A stretch of 64,000 nt of DNA from Chrysomallon squamiferum (GCA_012295275.1 CM022672.1:18910001-18974000), one strand, 5' to 3'; shown: positions 28,576-43,304, counted from the first letter of the stretch. Numbers and translations: made by a program. The notes: generated by a model from the letters alone, not told the origin.

Positions 28576-29612
28576 GATAATAATCTCAAAATAGTGCTTA
28601 AGTATTCATGCATAAAAAGTAATCAGCTGGAAGTTCAAAGTTCATCAGACATATTTTTTCCACCTTTTCTGTTCTGTCATGGAATCCATACAGACCTGTT
28701 TTTTTTTTTTGTCTTCATGCCAACAATTTTTAGACGGTAAATGAAAGAGCAATTTTCAGGCATTTTTCTGCTGGTTATTTATATTATTCTTTCACTAAAA
28801 GGATGGTGTAAAGAATGACATTTTTAACATGTGCAGATTTAGGCAGTAGGTCTGAGGTTAGAGCATGAAAAGTCTGTTAAACTAATAATTTAATAAGTCA
28901 ACAATTAAACGTGATTTTTAATACTGATTAAAAAAGGTTTTGTTAACTTTACTTCCACACTTTAATAATATTAAAAATGAATAAAAAAAAAAAAAAAAAA
29001 AAAAAAAATAAAATAATAAAACAAATAAAAAATAAAATAAAATAAATAAAAAATGAAGGAAAAATAGTCTTGTAACCACAGAATTAATCTTTAGCTATTG
29101 ATAAGTGACCTGAATATTTTCATTGATCTTTTCTCACAAGAGGGAAAGTCAAATGTCAGAGAAATCTATAAACACAAGTGAAAGTCTGGATTATAAACTC
29201 TGTGTTACAACCAGTGACTACCGACAGCAGTTGGAAACTCATATATTTATGCCTTTGTATAGCAAACAGTAAATCCTGCATAATCTGTTATTACATACAT
29301 TGTAACATACATGTGTACATCAATACACACTGACATAAAATATTCATATAATGACTGTAAGAACCAAAACAAATAGCAGTTAATAAAAATAAATTTATTT
29401 CATTACCCCGGTTTTTACAATGCTAAATCTGCTGACTGACATATAAATAAACGAAAATATACTGCTGCTCAATAAAATGTAACAAGATAACAAGAGATCT
29501 TTCAGATTCATATTCACACACACACACACATACACATATACTCTTGTATAAAATAATTTCTGCTGTAAGTTGTTTTACACTTCCAGAGTTATGGGACAAT
29601 ATTGGACCTTCC

Positions 29613-29674
<62 letters not shown>

Positions 29675-31485
29675 TAATAATTATAACTATAATAATAATA
29701 TATGAATCTGTTACATTTGACATAATATTTCTACAATCCCACTGAGGTGCTATATACATAAATATATTCCAAAACAGAGAACATAACAAAAACTTAAAAA
29801 AACCTGTATGTTAATCAAATCCAGCTGAAATACAGTATGTTAATTATACATGAACACAAACAAGAACAACTTCATGCAAATGCACACATCAGAAACTAAC
29901 ATAAACAATGGTATTCAGTAATAAATGAGATATGTTACTGCATTTGTGCATATACACTCATGTACATAAATAAATGGATATGCAGACACATATGAATGCA
30001 TGCATGCACACACACAAATGGAACAGTTATCTGTTAACCAAAATCTTTGAGACCAAAATCTTCTGGGCTTTTTGTGAGGAAACCATTCAATTTCATACAA
30101 TATATAACAATACAAGAAAAATTGTTTCTGACAATTTTAAGTTTTTGGATAATGGATTGTCGACCTATGAACTCATAATAAAAAATCTGTGAGATGGGAT
30201 TTATAGTTAATACAGTGGAGTGAAAGAGGTAAATAAAATGAACACATGTGACAGCACACTGTTCTGTGTAACAGATGTGACCTATACATGTTTGGTGAAC
30301 AGAGATGTAAAGAGTGAAGTGGAAGATAAACTGTTAACAGAACTGTCGTTCAATTATTTCTGAAGTTACGTTTGTCTATAGTTCACCAAATATGCTGCAG
30401 TTGTCAAAACAGACATTAGATTTTTTTTTTTTTTTTTACATACATTGGTAGGATGTAGTACAAAATTTTACTCAATAAGATATGGTATTTTGCAAGTCTG
30501 ATAAGAACAAGTGGGGACATAGAGGTTAATGTATAAGAATGAAAAGGGTTAATTTACTTACTGCTTGTGTAACTTTATAATTTTTAGTCAGATTATTAAT
30601 TATAAATAAATAAGGATATAAAGGGTCAATTTTTCTTTGTGCATGTTTAAAAGTAGTTGATATAATAATTAATAATTTTTACTCGTGGCACTTAACTATA
30701 AATGAATAAAGATGTATAGGTTTAATTTATTTTCGTGTTAACGTGAAATTTATTTTCATTCAGAAGGCTTGTGATAGGATTTTTTTCTTAGTTTACTCTA
30801 CACTTAAAACAGATAAACATGGGAAAAATTATGTGTCACAAAACACAACAAACAAAACAAGGTAACAAATTCCTTTAATACACAGAAAGAAAGGTAATTA
30901 ATGGAAAATATCCAATACAACTAACAGCCATAATACAATCAATTCCCTCACATAAATAACCCCTGGATAATAATTTTGGTCTTATATTTTATAGTGAAAG
31001 ACACAATAGGATAAAATTTACCTTGCCCTTTGATAACATTTTAAAACAACAAGAACAAATTGCATATTTCACTATTCAGGTAAAACTTCCATAATACAGA
31101 TCAACCAATAAATACTCCCCATTTGGTTAATTTATATATTACATATGTGGACATCAAATTAAATGAACTATTATTAAAAACAACATATATAATACATTCA
31201 GCAGTTTCCATTGTAAATCATTGGTAATACCTATTTTCATGCCGTTCATAAATTTCAGAAAGTTACTTCATATTCATTTCCTAATGGACACAATAAATAA
31301 AAATAAATGCAATTCTATTTACCAGCTAATAATACTTTGTGCAAACAATGTGATCTAAGTGCAACCACATAAACTGTAATCACCATTAATTGTATTTTAA
31401 ACAATTCACAATAACTAACGAGTATTTATCTAAAGAGGGAAACAAAGTAAATACATAATAATAATAAAAATAACACAAATAAAAC

Positions 31486-31531
<46 letters not shown>

Positions 31532-32784
31532 CAAAAACAATATTTGTTAAAAAAAAAAAAAAAAAAAATAGTAATATAATTAAATCATTATCTTTAGTTC
31601 AAACAGTTAACTCTAGGGATCCAAAATTCAGCTACATCAGAAAGGATACTTATTAAGTTGCTACAAATCAAGGAAAAAATGTTAAGTTTTAAATACAGGT
31701 AATGATATTCTTTAGATTTGGTATTGTAAGATTTCTTTAGAAAAACATAATGTTAGATTTTAAAAGTGTTTTTAAATAAGAACATAAAATACTAATGTAG
31801 AATGAGAGGAATGTTAATGGAATGACAAAAATAATGTGCATTTGTAACCACAAAAAAAGCATCTGCCACATAATGTGGTGGGCAACACCTACCCAGGGAA
31901 TATTTTATATTACACTTTTACACTATGGATTTTAGTATTTAGTGGTCAAAACAGAAAACTTGTAATGAAGCAATTATATTGTTTCTATGATTAATCTGAA
32001 AATAATAAGAAAATTATACATTTAAAATCTGTAATGGCCTATTTTACAATGCTAATATGGATTTCAATTAAAAATTCATAGTATTAACCAAATGAAAAAA
32101 AAAATGAATTAATATATCATAAAAGAAAATCTCAAAAATTATATTTGGTGTAGTCGTCACAGTCAGTGATTTGACTGGAAACTAAACAGTAATTTCATTT
32201 ATCTCTAACTTCAACTTCTAATAAATTGTAAAAATAAAAAATAAAAATAAAAAAAAAATTAAAATCAAAATTAAAACAAAAATAAAAATGCAAACAGCAA
32301 AATAAATTTTAAAAAAAAGGATGATAAAAAATAACAACTAAAAACACTAACTCTTAACAGTAAAATATAGTAAACTCTCTGAAATATTGCATAGAATAAA
32401 TTTTCTCTGCATATGGTTAAATATATAATAATGAAAAATTGACTCAACTAAACAAAATGATTCAGAATTATTCATATAGAGCTGTTAGCATTTATATACA
32501 AACAGATCAGTTCTTTTAATCAGAATTTATCTTACTTCAGAACAACTGGTCACTTCAACCCGCAACTTTTCAGCAAGAACAAAAATAATTTTGATAATTT
32601 TGAATTGTTTTTTATAGTATCCTAATCTGAAGTTATTATTATCTTTGATATGTCTGACAAATCAACACATACGAGAAAAGTTGAAGTAGACATTCTACAG
32701 CTATAAACTCACAAATAATGAATGAGCACTCAACATTCTGTTATCTTTTAATACTTGTATACACTCCAGCATGTGAACATGCTG

Positions 32785-32840
<56 letters not shown>

Positions 32841-33384
32841 CAACCACTGTAAAATAATTTAATACCAATTTTATAAATAACATAAATGCATTTTATCAGA
32901 ATGATTTTCACAGATCTTGTAAGTTTTCTAAAGTTATTAAACATCCAGTGTAACTATTTATTTTGTTTTCTAGATGCGTTTCTTTTGGCATTTTATGAGC
33001 TTTCTGCATGTATTTTACAAGTATGTACATGTAACATTTTGAGGGTAATATATTAAAAATTCACTCATATATATATACAGACACACATATACACTACAGT
33101 ACGTACATCATCAATATGTATTTCACATTTCACATGGATATTCTCACCAATATATGCTTCCAGACATAAATAACCCCACTTCTTTTGTAGTCCATGGCAC
33201 AAAGTTGTTTTCTGATATGGCAGAAACTATTTCTGATATATTTTCAGAAACTTTCATGCCTGCCTGACTGCAGCACATCAGAATTCCTTATAAACTAAAA
33301 TATTTACCTCATTGTAGTGTACATTATATATAAAGATATAAAACCACTGTAAAAATTTAAACCAGCTCCTATACACAAGTAACA

Positions 33385-35089
33385 TTATGCATTCCTGTCA
33401 TTGTATATATATCCTGTAGTCCTTATTCCTTGCTCCATTTGATCTTCGTCAATCATCAGATATGACATTGATGGGACTGAGGGCAAGTCTTTTCGCCTTG
33501 GACACAGACGAAGGTGGCGAATGTAAAGACAAATGGCTGCTATGACAATCACGAAGCAGAGAAGAATGAGGTACTCGTTATTTAACACACTGTACCATGG
33601 ATGGTACGTTCCTTCAGTGTGCGTTATGGCACGATGTCTTTCAATATCTCTGCAAAACATACAGCAGCTTCATTAAGTAAATTTGTTTCGATACAGTACA
33701 AGTAAAACAAGGGGAAAAAAATGGAAGTAAAACAAATTTTTTTTTTTTTTTTTAACAGGATTTTGTCTTTCATAAAAATACAGCAACTGTTAAACTGATA
33801 TTATCATTTTGAAACCTAAAATATGACTTGAAGTTCTATTATTTTACACCAGAACAATAAAATTAATATCTCATTACAAACTTCTGCCATCTAATTTGTC
33901 TATCTAAATAATGTGAAAAATGTTTAAAAAAACCCAACCTTTTTCAAAAGAATTTCTTAAGTGAAGATTACTGCTAACTGTAAAATTTTTTTTTTTTTTT
34001 TTTTTTTTAATGTACACAAATTTGCTGCATCTTGGTGTATTTATTAATGACTGAATTAAAACAGATACTAACAAACACTTAAGATTTTATTATGTACATT
34101 ATCACTGTATTAGTACTTCACTAAATTCACACCCACATTACATTAAAAATAACCCACCGTAATGGTATATATTTAGTACGATATATCAGAGCTCCAAGAG
34201 TCCACTGAATATCTTTATTGTTGATCAGTTGTGCAGACTGAAGGTGCTCATAGGACTTGGGGAATTTAAAACCTTTGTGGAAAACAGTGGTCATCCAGGC
34301 TGATTTGAAACACTGGTATCTATAAATGTATACAGCAGTTTTATTTATTACAGAAACAAAACAGTCATCTTTGTCAAGCACAATAAATAAAACAGAACCT
34401 TAACACATATATATTTGTTCACCATAGATATCCTTTTAGATGAATATAAAATTAAAAGAAAGATCTAATTACTTCTTTATAATATTTAAATGGCAATATG
34501 CAAAGATGCTTTATGTCCTGTGAAAATTTGCATTTTTGTATTTTAATAAAAAAATATTGAGTTATTCTTTACACTCATTCAGTTATAATTTAGTAATAGC
34601 AATTTGTACATTTTTGAAAAAGCCAGTACAAAACAAAATGAATTCACAGTCATTTACCTTGATGAAAACAAAATGGCCAAAATGCCACATAATGTGATTA
34701 TAAAGGAATAAAACCAATTTTCAGGTTAATTATTAGTGGTTAGTTATATTTAAGAAGGTAATCACAGTAGTGATAATTTGTTTATATTAGTGATATCAGT
34801 GATCACTTACTTAAATCTGGCTTCATCAGCCTTTTGATACAGTTTTCTGTTATACCATTTACTTAAAGTGGCCCAATCAGTTTTACAGAATGACTGAAAA
34901 TATAAAAGTTTTATTTGTAAAAATAAATGTTTTCCACAGATTTTGAAATATTTCTTAAATTACAGTATTCATCTCAAAACAATGTAGTTCTCTAAACCTT
35001 AAATAATGTTTTAAATAAGACTATATTAAATATTAAAAAAACATTAATTCCATACTCTGGTTCTGAGCAACATTTTCACACACTACAAT

Positions 35090-35120
<31 letters not shown>

Positions 35121-36589
35121 AAGAGAAATAAACAAGAAATGTGCATAAAACCAAAAACAACAACAAAATATCAAATTAAACAGAATTCCAAAAAGAATAA
35201 AGGAAAGAAAAAAAGAAATAATAACAATAATAAACCGACCTTTGCACTTTGCTCAAACTTGTCATAACTGTACTTTCCTCCCATCCTGAAAACATCTTCC
35301 ATGGTGTACCAGAACTCAGAAAAACCGTAAAATGAAGATCGGGTGTAATCAATTTCTGGCTGGCTGACACCGTTCATGGAACAAGGAGCTTTCTCACAGG
35401 GAACTGATAAATTCAATAGAGGACTTAACGACTGTTTACAGGTGTCAAAATCCCCGTTCCAACAAAATAATGTTTTCGTCCTTGTTCATCTTCACTCTTC
35501 AGAGGCATGTCTTTGGGTAGACAAGGGTCGGAGATAGGTCGACTGATGTTCATTGAAGAACTGAAGCATTGTAAAAACTAATCATCAGTATTTGTTTTAA
35601 AAAAAAAAGGATTGAAAGAATTATCTTCAACTATACCTCTAGTATTAGATGTTAATAATTAAATAATGTATTTCACAAATTATAAAGATATGAAAGACAA
35701 AACAGATTAGGTCAACTCAGTAGCAATCAGTCATAAAGATCTTTAATTTAAGAAGCTCCTTGCAAAGTCAGAGCACATATGATGCCAGTCAAGAGGCACA
35801 GCTCCTCCTGTGTGTGTCTGTGTCTATGTGTGCATAAATGTGTCTGCATGCATATATTGTATTTTCAATTTATTTATTATTTTGACAATAACATTTCTCT
35901 AGTATTTATCATTTTATTTTACTTTTCCTGCCACAGATCATGTCATTAACCTGGTAAACATTCATTTCAGAAAAGAAGAATAGTTAATTTCAAACCTTTG
36001 TGTTGTTTCAGTGCTTTTCACCAATAATTCTTCATATCTATCTCTGGCAGAGTTGGCACCAAATCCAAGAAACGTTGTCACATAAACTACATAGGTGTGC
36101 TCAATGTCTGCGTCTTGACATCCTAAGTTAATTTCAGCCATTAGATGTTTGGGCAGATTTGGCTGCAGACCACAAAATAGATAATATTAGAATTTAATCT
36201 ACCAAGAACTGATTTCAAATGTTTCAAAATAATTAAATGAAGGATCGGAAATATTTAAAATCAAATAAACATGTTACAGTTATAAATATGTTTATGAAAA
36301 ATAAGTTCTCAAAATATTTGAAACTCATGTGTATTTGTATATTATTATAATCACAATAAATAAAAAATAAAAAATAAAATATTTATTCTGAAAAATTTAA
36401 ATTTATATTTTTATATGATATTAACTTTTTTCTTTTGCTCTTCAACATTCATCTATATTATAATACACTTTATTAAGTTTTTCCTTCTTTCTTTTCTAGG
36501 AAGAACTCCTATTATTATATCTATTTTATTTTGTACTTTTCATGACATAATTTGAAAAAAAAAAATAAATAAAAATAAAAATACACAGA

Positions 36590-36635
<46 letters not shown>

Positions 36636-39469
36636 GTAAAAACTCCCATTAATTAAATAAAAATAAACTGATAATAATAATAATAATAATAATAATAATA
36701 GTCTCTTAAGAAATAAGATTTCAGTTATAAACAATTATTCTATTTAAAATTTATTTTTTAAATATTTTTTACACACACCTCATTTAAAACTTCAAATGCT
36801 ATCTGCACTGATCCACCACCCATGTCAATCATTCCCACTGTCCTGCGACGAATGTGAGTTTTTCCTTCACTACCAGGCAACCTGACACTGACAAGAGGAA
36901 AATCTTGAAAACAGAAAAAAAAAAAATATATATATATATATATAAATATAAAGTATAAATTATAAAATAATAAATTATAATTTATAAAAAAATTAATTTT
37001 ATTTATTTTTAATAAAAAATAAAATAAATAAATAAATATTAACAATAAAAAAACTAAACAAAGTAATAAAAAATCCTCCTCTCAAAACACACACAATTCT
37101 TTTAAAATAAATATATTTTTTATATGTCAGTAACTAGTGATCAAATCTATGATCATACAAATTACAGTTAAAATCTATTAGATGACTGCCATTTTTAAAA
37201 CAGTGTTATGGGTTTTTCTATAAACCACTCTTACATATTATCTAGTTTACTGAAAGGATGTAGTTGTAGTTCATTGTCTAAGATATGTTACATAACAGGA
37301 TCAAACCTCCAAATATATTGTATTATATTTTATTAACAAGGCCCTGACATATACTTTCCCATCTACAGGAAGGTGCATGAAAAAAAATATCCTTGCCATA
37401 AGTTATTAAAAGTAGCCTGTGGCAGTGGTTTTCTCTCATATCATCATTTTATAAAAACCGTATATTTAACATATAACCTAATTAAAATGTGATAAATAAC
37501 TTTCCTTCAAATGTAAACCACAAAACATGGCTTTTGATTCAGCAGTTAGAACAGGAAATAGCATCAAAAGGGCTCTGTGATTTCTTCAGGCAAGATATAA
37601 TAAGATTAACAGCTGGTTCCTTAATGAAGAAGTTTTGTTTTCAGCTTACCTGATGCACCATGTGAAAACCTTTCTAGGATGTAATTGACAGCTATCCATG
37701 CGTATACACCTTCCATCTTGCCACTGATAACTTCAAAATGGTTCTCAGCAACATGAAAATCAAACAGTTTGGGAATGTCTGTGAGCAAATCATTCAGAAT
37801 AGCTTGCTGGGCTCTGTGAAAATATATTGTAATGTAAATTAAAAACAAAAATACACTGACATGACCAAAACCTAAAGGAGAATGCAACATATAATAATAA
37901 TAACAACAACAAAAATAATAATTTTATCAGTCATTCATGTGAAACTTTTGTATTATTTTTTAACTCATTCAAGTTTTAGCAAAAAAAAAAAATAAAATAA
38001 AATAAAAAGAAAAGAATAAAAAAAAAAAAAAAAACTTTATTTTAATGATTTTAATCTGTATCAGTCTTATTACTAATGTGATCAAATCCAGTAATTCAAA
38101 ATTAATTTGATTATCAGTACTGTTTTTTCTGTTCCACCAATACATTTCATCATGTAGTCAGACTATGTCTGTATGAACTGACATTAATATGGCTTAATTA
38201 AGTTAAAACAGTGTTACATTTCACTTACTTTTTAGGAATCATTCTCATGCCTGCAGTTGCCAAGATGTAGAGCAATGTTTCTTTGTGCTGTGCTTTTGGG
38301 ATATACTTTGATGCAAACTCTAATAATGGTCGAATATGTTCACTAGCATCATGTGGTTTGTCCTCCAATTCGGAAATACCTGTTTAAACAAATGTTCATC
38401 TTTAAACATTTATGCTTTTCAGCTGCAAGTATAGATATACATATATAAATATCCATCTATTTATCTATAGGCCTATATCCACACACACACTCACCATGTA
38501 TATATATATATATTTAAAAAAAAAAAAAAAATAAATAACAAAAAAAAAAAAAAAAATGATATTAGTGAAAAGTAAAAACATCACAGATGAGCTATTCTTT
38601 TATTAAAATAATAAACTCTTACATCTTTATGTCTGATTGCAAACTACACTTTATTGATAGTCTATTGGTAATTTACAATCTCAGCTCAGAGGAAAAACTG
38701 TATACTGTATTTACCTGGTGTCACCTTCTTCATAACCAGATGTTCATTTTCATCTTTTAATTGCTGTATGTTCAACAGTTCTCTAGGATTTCCAGAATGT
38801 GGAGGCCAAAAGTAGACATAAACTCTGCTACCACTACTTCCACAGTCGATGACAATTCCATAATGTAGACTTTTTGTGGCCTTTTGATTGAGTGAGTTAT
38901 CGTCAGTGTCAGTCCTAGACCAATTATTTGATATACTAAGAGTCACTGCGGATACAAACAATACTAAAAGCCCAATGAATATCAGTACTACCAGAATCTT
39001 CATCTTTATCGTCAAAGTTTGAAACAGCATCAACTTAGAGCATGGCCAGACAAAATAAATTCTAAAATAAAATTGTACAATTAGTTTGCTTAATACATAA
39101 ATACATATAATTCTGTCAAGACTTTTTTTTTTATTTTATTTATTTATAAAGTTTGTAATATCTGTAAAAGTATAATAAAAGATTAGACGAATAGTGTCCA
39201 AGGGTATTTTCATACACTAATACTATTACAAGTATTAGTAATAGTAGTAATACAGATTATGATCTTGAACTAAACCGATTTAACTTTAGAATAAGAGAGT
39301 ATTCTTATAATATTATTTTATAATTGCATAACAAATATAATATTTACTTAATATAATTAAATACATTATCAATTATAATAAATTAATTTATCAATTTCTA
39401 ATTTCATACGATAATCATGATCTTCTTATTTCATTATGATTATTAACTTAATTAAATGTACCTTGCCAT
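33385..39469 (-). CDS. ENTPD4/7: Ectonucleoside triphosphate diphosphohydrolase 4/7-like (GDA1/CD39 apyrase), ~597 aa once a 1-nt frameshift in exon 7 is corrected
   Basis: Exons 39462-39469 (ATG GCA AG), 38715-39061, 38229-38379, 37650-37813, 36779-36903, 35996-36162, 35240-35560, 34811-34893, 34158-34319, 33385-33649. Apyrase conserved regions YGIVIDCGSSGSR, LATAGMR, ISGKMEGVYAW, DMGGGSVQI, WTLGA. N- and C-terminal TM segments. The NLGC...YVTTFLGFGAN and FYGFSEFWY motifs fit the ENTPD4/7 clade. Confidence 0.93.
37255..37510 (+). mobile_element. Degenerate SINE-like insertion in an ENTPD intron
   Basis: ctacaggaaggtgcatg...atccttgcc...aaagtagcctgtggcagtggttttctctc...aaataactttccttc; same core as the 24.6 and 28.4 kb copies. 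Confidence 0.55.
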
Positions 39470-39847
39470 GTTGTGGAAGCAGCAGGAGCAGCCGCTTCCA
39501 CTTAACACGATATCTTTCATAAAATATACACTTGAATTAAATCATGTTATTTATTTTAATTTAAAAAATAATTATAATATACAAAATAGTATTAATAGAA
39601 TTGCCACACAACCCGGTTTACGTAAGAACTCTGGCGGAACCGGAAATGTTATGTTGTACGTTATTCTAACTGTTATTTGCGACATGAATTCCAAACATAG
39701 TTGTATTTATTGAGATTATTCTTAGCATAATTTTACTATAATGAAATTTAGCTTTAAACAGACATAATTTAATCACCAAACTTAATCAAATATTATCTTC
39801 TACAATTTTAATATTTTACAACAACTGTAAACAAATTCAAAAACAAA
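39470..39847. promoter_or_regulatory. Bidirectional promoter shared by ENTPD4/7 and SEC20/BNIP1
   Basis: The start codons diverge only 378 bp apart. ETS-like ACCGGAAATG at 39639-39648 and palindromic bZIP-like TTACGTAA at 39618-39625, in a local CpG-containing patch. Confidence 0.75.
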
Positions 39848-42800
39848 ATGGCAGCAGAAGATGTCCACGTCCGACTTTGTTTACAAGAAATTGTTAAATT
39901 GGACTTGGAAGTGAAAGCTATTATACAGGTATAGCTAAATTAATAAATAAATATATTTATATAAGCAGATGTTTTAATCACTAAATTTTTATATTGCTAA
40001 TTTAAGCAACCAAATTTTCTATCAATCTGTGCAATTAATTTAATGGCGTAATCAAGATATTCATATTCAGGATATAATATTTGATAAGATATAAAATTCG
40101 TGATACTGATAATGCTAATTTGTGACTTGTAATTGTACAGTTTATAATACTTAGAACAATTAATGATGAGAAAGATGTTATATAGCCGACATTATGAGTA
40201 TACTGTATTATGTCTATAGGTATTTGATATATCAATAATCATATGATTATCATATGATTATGATTATCATATGTAATAGGCGTTAAATAGGTGTGACGTA
40301 AGATTGGTAGCAGCATCAGTTCAGTGTTTCTAGCTGTTGGTAGTGCTACAGTGCTAGCTAATACCATGAATATGTCGTAAACTTAATGCTTGTGATTATC
40401 CTTATGAAAACGATCACTTGCTCACTTGCTTATAAGTTGCTATCATGTGAAAAAAAAAAAAAAGTCAAGTAGATGACATTTGCAAAAAATGATTCTGTTT
40501 GTTGAAACATTTTTTTTCTTTTCCTAACGTTTGCATAAATAACAGTTTTATTCTCTGCCTACTTATTTTTACAGGATATCCGGGATTATGTCAATTCATC
40601 TGACATTTTGGATGAGTTCAATATTAAAGCAAGAGAAAGGCTCAACAAATTGAGAAAAAAAGTTGATGTAAGTAATCAACATTAGTTGACATTAGTTGAT
40701 GTAACCCATTCAAACCACATTGTTTTAAACTATTTTTCTTGACTGAACTATTCTTACAATTATTATAAAATTAATCATCCCCAATTTACAACAATGATAA
40801 TATTTTAGCCTGTTGATGTAAATTCATTTAATTATGTTCAGTTACTTTTATTCACAGGTTTTTTACAGGATATTGTTGTTGTTGTTTTTCATCTGTTCTT
40901 TGGATGATTTTAATATTAAACTGGAACAACAAATTAGGGAAAAGGATAAGGATCCTGAAAAACATTATGCTATTTTGAAAAATGTTGAAACCCATTGAAA
41001 GAATTTAACCAGGTTTCTTGTAGATACTATTCATTTATGTATTTTATGTTTTAGTTCATGTTTTAATTTCATTTAGATTATTCACTTGTTTAAAAGATTA
41101 AAAATAAATTATTCTTTTTATGTTTTGTTACTTTCCGTGTCAAATCACCCAATGGTTTTGTTTTTTGTTGTTGTTGTTGTTTTTTATATGTTCTTGGTAT
41201 ATTTTACTTGAACAACTTGACTGGGATCCCATAAGGATCCTGAAAAGATGCTATTTTAAAAATGTTGAGACCAGTGGTGTGGGAATTTAGCCAGGTAATT
41301 TTAGATTTTTGCCAAAATGGGTGTATCTTTAACCTTTAACCCTCATATTTTAATTTCTATTTAGATTATTCATAAAATTTAAAGATTTGAAAAAATAAAT
41401 TACCCATTTGTTATTGTAATTGTATTTATTAATACTTTAAAACAAATAAATCTCCATTTAAAAAAACAAAATTCCTATATTAGGATGGTTGGTTTTTGTT
41501 TGAGTAAAACAAATACTTTTCCTTCTAAATATGGTAAAATGTATATATATATACAGTAATAAATATATAATTCTTAATAACTGAGTTAATCATAAATAAT
41601 TTTATGAAAATGTATAGTTATGGTAGCAAGAACATAACATAACTGAGGTAGGACAAAATCAGCAAATTAGTTTCAGATTAATTTGTTTCAAGTCTCAATT
41701 ATTGAGTTAATCTAATTAGATTTTTGTTTTGTTTTCAAGTACAGTTACTAGTCTTCGTCAAGCTAACCTTGCTACACAGCTGAAAATAGACAAAGAATCC
41801 AAAGAACAGCTTCTTTCTGGAGGAATCCAAATAAGAAAAAGGTACTTTTAAAAAAACTGATATGTAAGCAGGGAAAAGAAAACTGCATGTGGAAATTAAA
41901 ATAATTCTGACTGTTCATGATAATGGATAATAAATAGTCATCAAAATCAGTTATTATTATTTTAATTTGTTCTTATTTTTTTAATTTCTTTATTCTGCTT
42001 CTTATTGTTGTTTTTTTAATCTCCAAGGTGAAATACTAAGATATTGTTTCCAATTCATTTTCCTGTCTGGCCAAACATAAAAAGTAATATCCCTTGGTGC
42101 TTTTTGTCCAACAGAGTGCATTTCTTCTAATACTGTTTTGCTTAAAAATATATTTTGCATCTAATTTCACAGTACTGAACAATAACAGTAAAATGTGTTG
42201 ACATTTCACAGAACATCCCTTCTTTCAGAGCCCATGGAAACAAAGAGATGTTGGTGAAACAGGCAGGAGACATCAGTGAGTCACTGGTCAGTTTAAACAG
42301 AATGATGCAGGGACAGCTAGAACAGAGTGAACATACAATAGGTTTGCTAGGTAATGTGATTTTTTATATTTAGTATTCTAGGAGTCTTAATCCTTATAAA
42401 AATTGTCATTCAGTATTTTTAATGGATAGAATGATGCTTGTAGTTTGAATATGAATAGTCATTGATGCTCGCTTTACTAGGTAAATGTTTTTTAAATGAA
42501 TCAAGAAATGAAACTGTGAATGGTAAGTTTAAATAGAATGATGTGAATGTGTAATATATTTTCTGGATGCTAGGTAATGCAATTTAGTGTACTGTTTATA
42601 TGCTTCTTTATAGACACCTGACCTGAGCTCAAAAAATAAAACAGACTATTGGGTGCTAGTGTATTTTGAATTTTGAGATTTCTTATCTTGTGTAAATAAC
42701 CATTTAGTATTCTGGTGGACCAAATCATTAATTTAAATAGTGATGTAAGGACAACTTGAACAGATTAAATATTGGACACATTAACCATGTAACATTACTT

Positions 42801-43304
42801 ATATTATTAGTGTATTGTGAATCAGGATTCTCGTAATCCAGTGTAAATTGTCATTCAATAGGCAAAACAAAATTTTGGTTTTGGTGAAGAAATTCAGAAA
42901 TTAAATGGAAAATTATTTTCTGCAGCTATAAAAATGATGAAAAAAAAATGAAATTAATATGTACTTCCGTTCACATAATTAAAAATGTTTCCTGACATTT
43001 CCTATTTTGGTAAAACCTAGTATAATTTTTGTCAGAATAGACATACATCATACACATCTTGTTTTTCATCAAAATGTATTTACAAGTCAATGTTTGATTT
43101 CTCTTGACAGCATCATCATCAAAGACTGTATCGGAAACTCAGGATGAATTCAGAAGTATGGGTGGTCACATCAAGAATTCCCACAGACTGCTAACAAAAT
43201 ATGGTCGCCGAGAACTAACAGATAGACTTTTGATTTTTCTTGCTCTGATATTTTTCTTTTCATCTGTTTTGTACATTGTAAAGAAACGCATCTGGCCTTC
43301 ATGA
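39848..43304 (+). CDS. BNIP1: Vesicle transport protein SEC20 (BNIP1), ER SNARE; exon 3 not intact in this sequence
   Basis: Exons 39848-39928 (MAAEDVHVRLCLQEIVKLDLEVKAIIQ), 40575-40667 (DIRD...), [exon 3 broken, see 40869-41294], 41740-41841 (SLRQANLATQLKID), 42229-42350, 43111-43304 (EFRSMGGHIKNSHRLLTKYGRRELTDRLLIFLALIFF...VKKRIWPS*). Sec20 domain plus C-terminal TM anchor. Confidence 0.92.
40869..41400 (+). pseudogene. Two disrupted tandem copies of BNIP1 exon 3 (the first fused to a decayed partial copy of exon 2)
   Basis: Copy 1, 40921-41012, reads LEQQIREKDKDPEKHYAILKNVETH*KNLT with no proper acceptor. Copy 2, ~41207-41294, has several indels and no acceptor AG. The downstream intron sequence is also duplicated (41061-41110 vs 41348-41400). 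Confidence 0.75.

Noticed and set aside
40306-40444. Terminal inverted complementarity (GGTAGCAGC...GTTGCTATC) in BNIP1 intron 1 as a snoRNA
   Set aside because: No properly placed C/D or H/ACA boxes found.
40995-40999. In-frame TGA in BNIP1 exon-3 copy as selenocysteine
   Set aside because: The position corresponds to a basic residue (not Cys) in orthologues, the exon copy lacks an acceptor, and no SECIS was recognised.
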